From positions 448,001 to 512,000 of the forward strand of contig CAVVLJ010000017.1 of assembly GCA_963749075.1 (NCBI GenBank): 64,000 bases of DNA, written 5' to 3'. Below the pieces are notes generated by a model. The model saw only the letters and a program-made list of their open reading frames with translations, searched no databases and was not told the DNA's origin. Position numbers and translations under genes: made by a program. This document shows, in pieces, positions 61,315 to 64,000 of this stretch. Position 1 is the first letter of the stretch; the number at the start of each line of letters is the position of its first letter. The DNA comes from an uncultured Pseudomonadota bacterium. Its GTDB lineage: Bacteria > Pseudomonadota > Alphaproteobacteria > JACZXZ01.

Positions 61315-62214
61315 ATGGGCCTCGACAGCATCGCAGAAGAGGCCGCCCCGGCAAGGCGCCCTCTCGCTCAGCGCGCGGCAGCCGGCAGACGGCTCTCGTC
61401 GCTTTCCCGCCTGACCAGCTCGCCCGTGACGCTCATAGGTCTCGGCATCGTGCTGTTCTGGGCGGTCCTCGCCCTCCTGGCACCGCTCATCGCCCCCTAT
61501 CCGCCGAACGCCACCGACGTGCTGGCAGCAGCCCATCCGACGCCTTCGGCCGCGCACATCCTCGGCACCGACCACCTCGGGCGCGACATCCTCTCGCGCA
61601 TCCTCTGGGGGGCGCGGCGCGTGCTCACCGTGGCGCCCATCGCCGTGCTCGCCGCGGCCGCGGCGGGCGCCCTCCTCGGGCTTGCCGCCGGCTATTACCG
61701 GGGTGCCGCCGACCTCGTCATCTCGCGCATCGCCGACATCCTGCTCTCCTTTCCGGTGATCATCCTCTACATGATCGTGCTGACGATGTTCGGCTCCTCC
61801 GCCCTCAACATCGTCCTCGTCATCGCCATCACCAAGGCGCCGATCGTCGCGCGCATCGTGCGCGGATTGACGCTCGAGCTCAGCGAGCGCGAATACATCG
61901 CCGCAGCGAAGATGCGCGGCGAGAGCGCGCTCTACATCATGCTCGTCGAGATACTGCCCAACGCGCGGGGGCCGCTCATCGTCGACATGTGCCTGCGCAT
62001 GGGCTACACGACGATCACCATCGGCGTGCTCGGCTTCCTCGGCATCGGCCTGCCGCCGCCCGATCCCGACTGGGGCGGCATGGTCAAGGACACCTACGGC
62101 ATGATGTCGGTGTGGCCGCACATGTCGCTCATCCCCTGCGCCGCCATCTCCTCGCTCGTCATCGGCTTCAACCTCCTCGCCATCGGGCTCAGGGAGGGCG
62201 CCCTCCGTGAGTGA
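61315..62214 (+). CDS. ABC transporter permease (DppC-like)
   Basis: HILGTDHLGRDILSR; EYIAAAKMRG; LGFLGIG..PP.PDWG. Confidence 0.92.
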   Translation: MGLDSIAEEAAPARRPLAQRAAAGRRLSSLSRLTSSPVTLIGLGIVLFWAVLALLAPLIAPYPPNATDVLAAAHPTPSAAHILGTDHLGRDILSRILWGARRVLTVAPIAVLAAAAAGALLGLAAGYYRGAADLVISRIADILLSFPVIILYMIVLTMFGSSALNIVLVIAITKAPIVARIVRGLTLELSEREYIAAAKMRGESALYIMLVEILPNARGPLIVDMCLRMGYTTITIGVLGFLGIGLPPPDPDWGGMVKDTYGMMSVWPHMSLIPCAAISSLVIGFNLLAIGLREGALRE

Positions 62215-64000
62215 GGCGGCACCCGTCCTCGAGCTCGACCGCGTGCGCCTCTCCTTCTTGACGCGCATGGGCGAGATCAACGTGACGCCGGGGCTCACCC
62301 TCTCGATCGCGCGCGGCGAAGCGCTCGGCCTCGTCGGCGAATCAGGCTCGGGCAAGTCGACCGTCGCCTTCGCGATCCTGCGCTACCTCGGGCCGCTCGG
62401 GCGCATCATGGGCGGCCGCATCCGCTTCGAGGGGCAGGACATCGCGGCCATGAGCGAGGCGAAGCTGCGCGCGCTGCGCGGCCGCCGCATCGCCATGGTC
62501 TATCAGGACCCCATGAGCAGCCTGAACCCGGTGATGACCATCGGCCGCCAGCTCATGGAGGTGCCGATGCTGCACGAGGGGCTCGGCGCCGAGGCGGCGC
62601 GGGCGCGCGCCGCCGCCATGCTCGAGGAGGTCAATTTCGCCGATCCGGCGGGGATCATGGCGCGCTACCCGCATCAGCTCTCGGGCGGCCAGCAGCAGCG
62701 CATCGTCATCGCCATGGCGCTCATCGCGAGGCCGGCACTCCTCATCATGGACGAGCCGACGACCGGGCTCGACGTGACCGTCGAGGCCGCCGTTCTCGAG
62801 CTGGTGGCGGCCTTGCGGCGGCGGCACGACACCGCCCTCCTCTTCATCAGCCACAACCTCGGCACGGTGGCGCAAGTTTGCGACCGCATCGCCGTGCTCT
62901 ACGGCGGCGAGCTCGTCGAGGAGGGGCCGATCCGCGCGGTCTTCGCCGACCCGCGCCATCCCTATACGCGCGGCCTCCTCGACTGCCTGCCGCGGCTCGG
63001 ACGCAGCCGCTCCGAGATGCCGCTGAAGCCCATTCCCGGCCAGGCGCTCTCGCCCACGGCGCGGCCGCCGGGCTGCGGCTTCGCACCGCGCTGCGCCCAT
63101 GCCGAGCCGCCCGCGTGCACGGAGCGCGCCATCCCCCGCCTGGCGGTCGCCGGCCAGCCCGGCCACAGCGCGCTCTGCGTCAAGGCGGCAAGCCTCCCAC
63201 CGTGGCAGTCCTCGCGCGGCGGCGCCGAGGTGCAAGTTGCCGCGATCGAGACGCCCGTCCTCCTCGCGACCGAGCGCCTCGCCAAGGACTACCGCCAGGG
63301 GGGCGGCCTCTTCGGCGGCAGCGGCCGCGCCGTGCGGGCGCTCGCTGCCGTCGACCTCGTCCTGCGGCGCGGCGAGACGCTCGCCATCGTCGGCGAGTCC
63401 GGCTGCGGCAAATCGACCTTCGCACGGCTGCTCTCCGGCCTCGAGGTGGCGAGCGCGGGCCGCGTCACACTCGACGGCGAGGAGATCGGCGGCCTCCGCG
63501 TCGAGGCCCGTCCGGTGCGGCTCAAGCGCAAGCTGCAGATGGTATTCCAGAACCCCGACAGCACCCTCAATCCGAGCCATCGCGTGGGCTATGCCGTGGC
63601 GCGGGCGCTCCGGCGTCTCAAGGGCCTGCGCCCGGCCGCGGCCGCGCGCGAAGCGCTCGAGCTCTTCGAGGTGGTCAAGCTCTCGCCCGAATTGGCGCAG
63701 CGCATGCCCCACCAGCTCTCGGGCGGGCAGAAGCAGCGCGTGGCGCTCGCCAGAGCGCTCGCCGGCGATCCGGAGCTGATCATCGCGGACGAGCCGGTCT
63801 CCTCGCTCGACGTTCTCGGTGCAGGCGGCGATCGTCAATCTCTTCTCCGAGCTGCAGAGCGCGGGCGGCAAGAGCCTCGTCTTCATCTCCCACGATCTCG
63901 GCGTGGTGCGCTATCTCGCGGACCGCGTGGCCGTCATGTATCTCGGCAAGGTCGTCGAGTCCGGACCTGTGGCCGCGGTCTTCGCCCCGCCCCATCACCC
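62207..64000 (+). CDS. Double-domain ABC ATPase (DppD/F fusion), 3' partial, frameshift at 63813-63814
   Basis: GESGSGKST, LSGGQQQR, DEPTTGLD; second GESGCGKST, LSGGQKQR, DEPVSSLD; SVQAAI...ISHDLGVV continues in a shifted frame. Confidence 0.9.
   Translation, partial: MSEAAPVLELDRVRLSFLTRMGEINVTPGLTLSIARGEALGLVGESGSGKSTVAFAILRYLGPLGRIMGGRIRFEGQDIAAMSEAKLRALRGRRIAMVYQDPMSSLNPVMTIGRQLMEVPMLHEGLGAEAARARAAAMLEEVNFADPAGIMARYPHQLSGGQQQRIVIAMALIARPALLIMDEPTTGLDVTVEAAVLELVAALRRRHDTALLFISHNLGTVAQVCDRIAVLYGGELVEEGPIRAVFADPRHPYTRGLLDCLPRLGRSRSEMPLKPIPGQALSPTARPPGCGFAPRCAHAEPPACTERAIPRLAVAGQPGHSALCVKAASLPPWQSSRGGAEVQVAAIETPVLLATERLAKDYRQGGGLFGGSGRAVRALAAVDLVLRRGETLAIVGESGCGKSTFARLLSGLEVASAGRVTLDGEEIGGLRVEARPVRLKRKLQMVFQNPDSTLNPSHRVGYAVARALRRLKGLRPAAAAREALELFEVVKLSPELAQRMPHQLSGGQKQRVALARALAGDPELIIADEPVSSLDVLGAGGDRQSLLRAAERGRQEPRLHLPRSRRGALSRGPRGRHVSRQGRRVRTCGRGLRPAPSP

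Overview
High-GC alphaproteobacterial chromosome segment; the murA-DUF2948-hisG-hisD-UPF0262-infA-maf-rng-yacG-tRNA-Phe order is typical of Alphaproteobacteria. From about 47.7 kb to the end it is mostly core genome: that housekeeping block, mscL, an OmpA-family protein, a dimethylglycine-dehydrogenase-like flavoprotein and a Dpp/Opp-type ABC transporter. The 47 kb left of the tRNA-Phe 3' end is an accessory surface-glycan region. It holds rmlCBDA, a second RmlD-like reductase, GmhA-like and RfaE/PfkB-like enzymes, a HAD + APH-kinase pair, about six methyltransferase and four sulfotransferase-like domains, glycosyltransferases and several large multidomain proteins. Embedded in it is an Xps/Hxc-like type II secretion cluster (divergent liposecretin gspD; gspE-F-G-H-I-J-K-L-M-C/N) facing a secreted beta-helix protein. 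Its major pseudopilin seems to replace the Ca2+ site with cysteines. The region also carries an IS5-family element, IS5 remnants and a complete group II intron. Three frameshifts share one extra-T context and look like systematic sequencing errors. The best candidate for an undescribed system is a T2SS coupled to a sulfating/methylating glycosylation machinery; the coupling is inferred from gene position only. All calls come from motif recognition, with no database searches.
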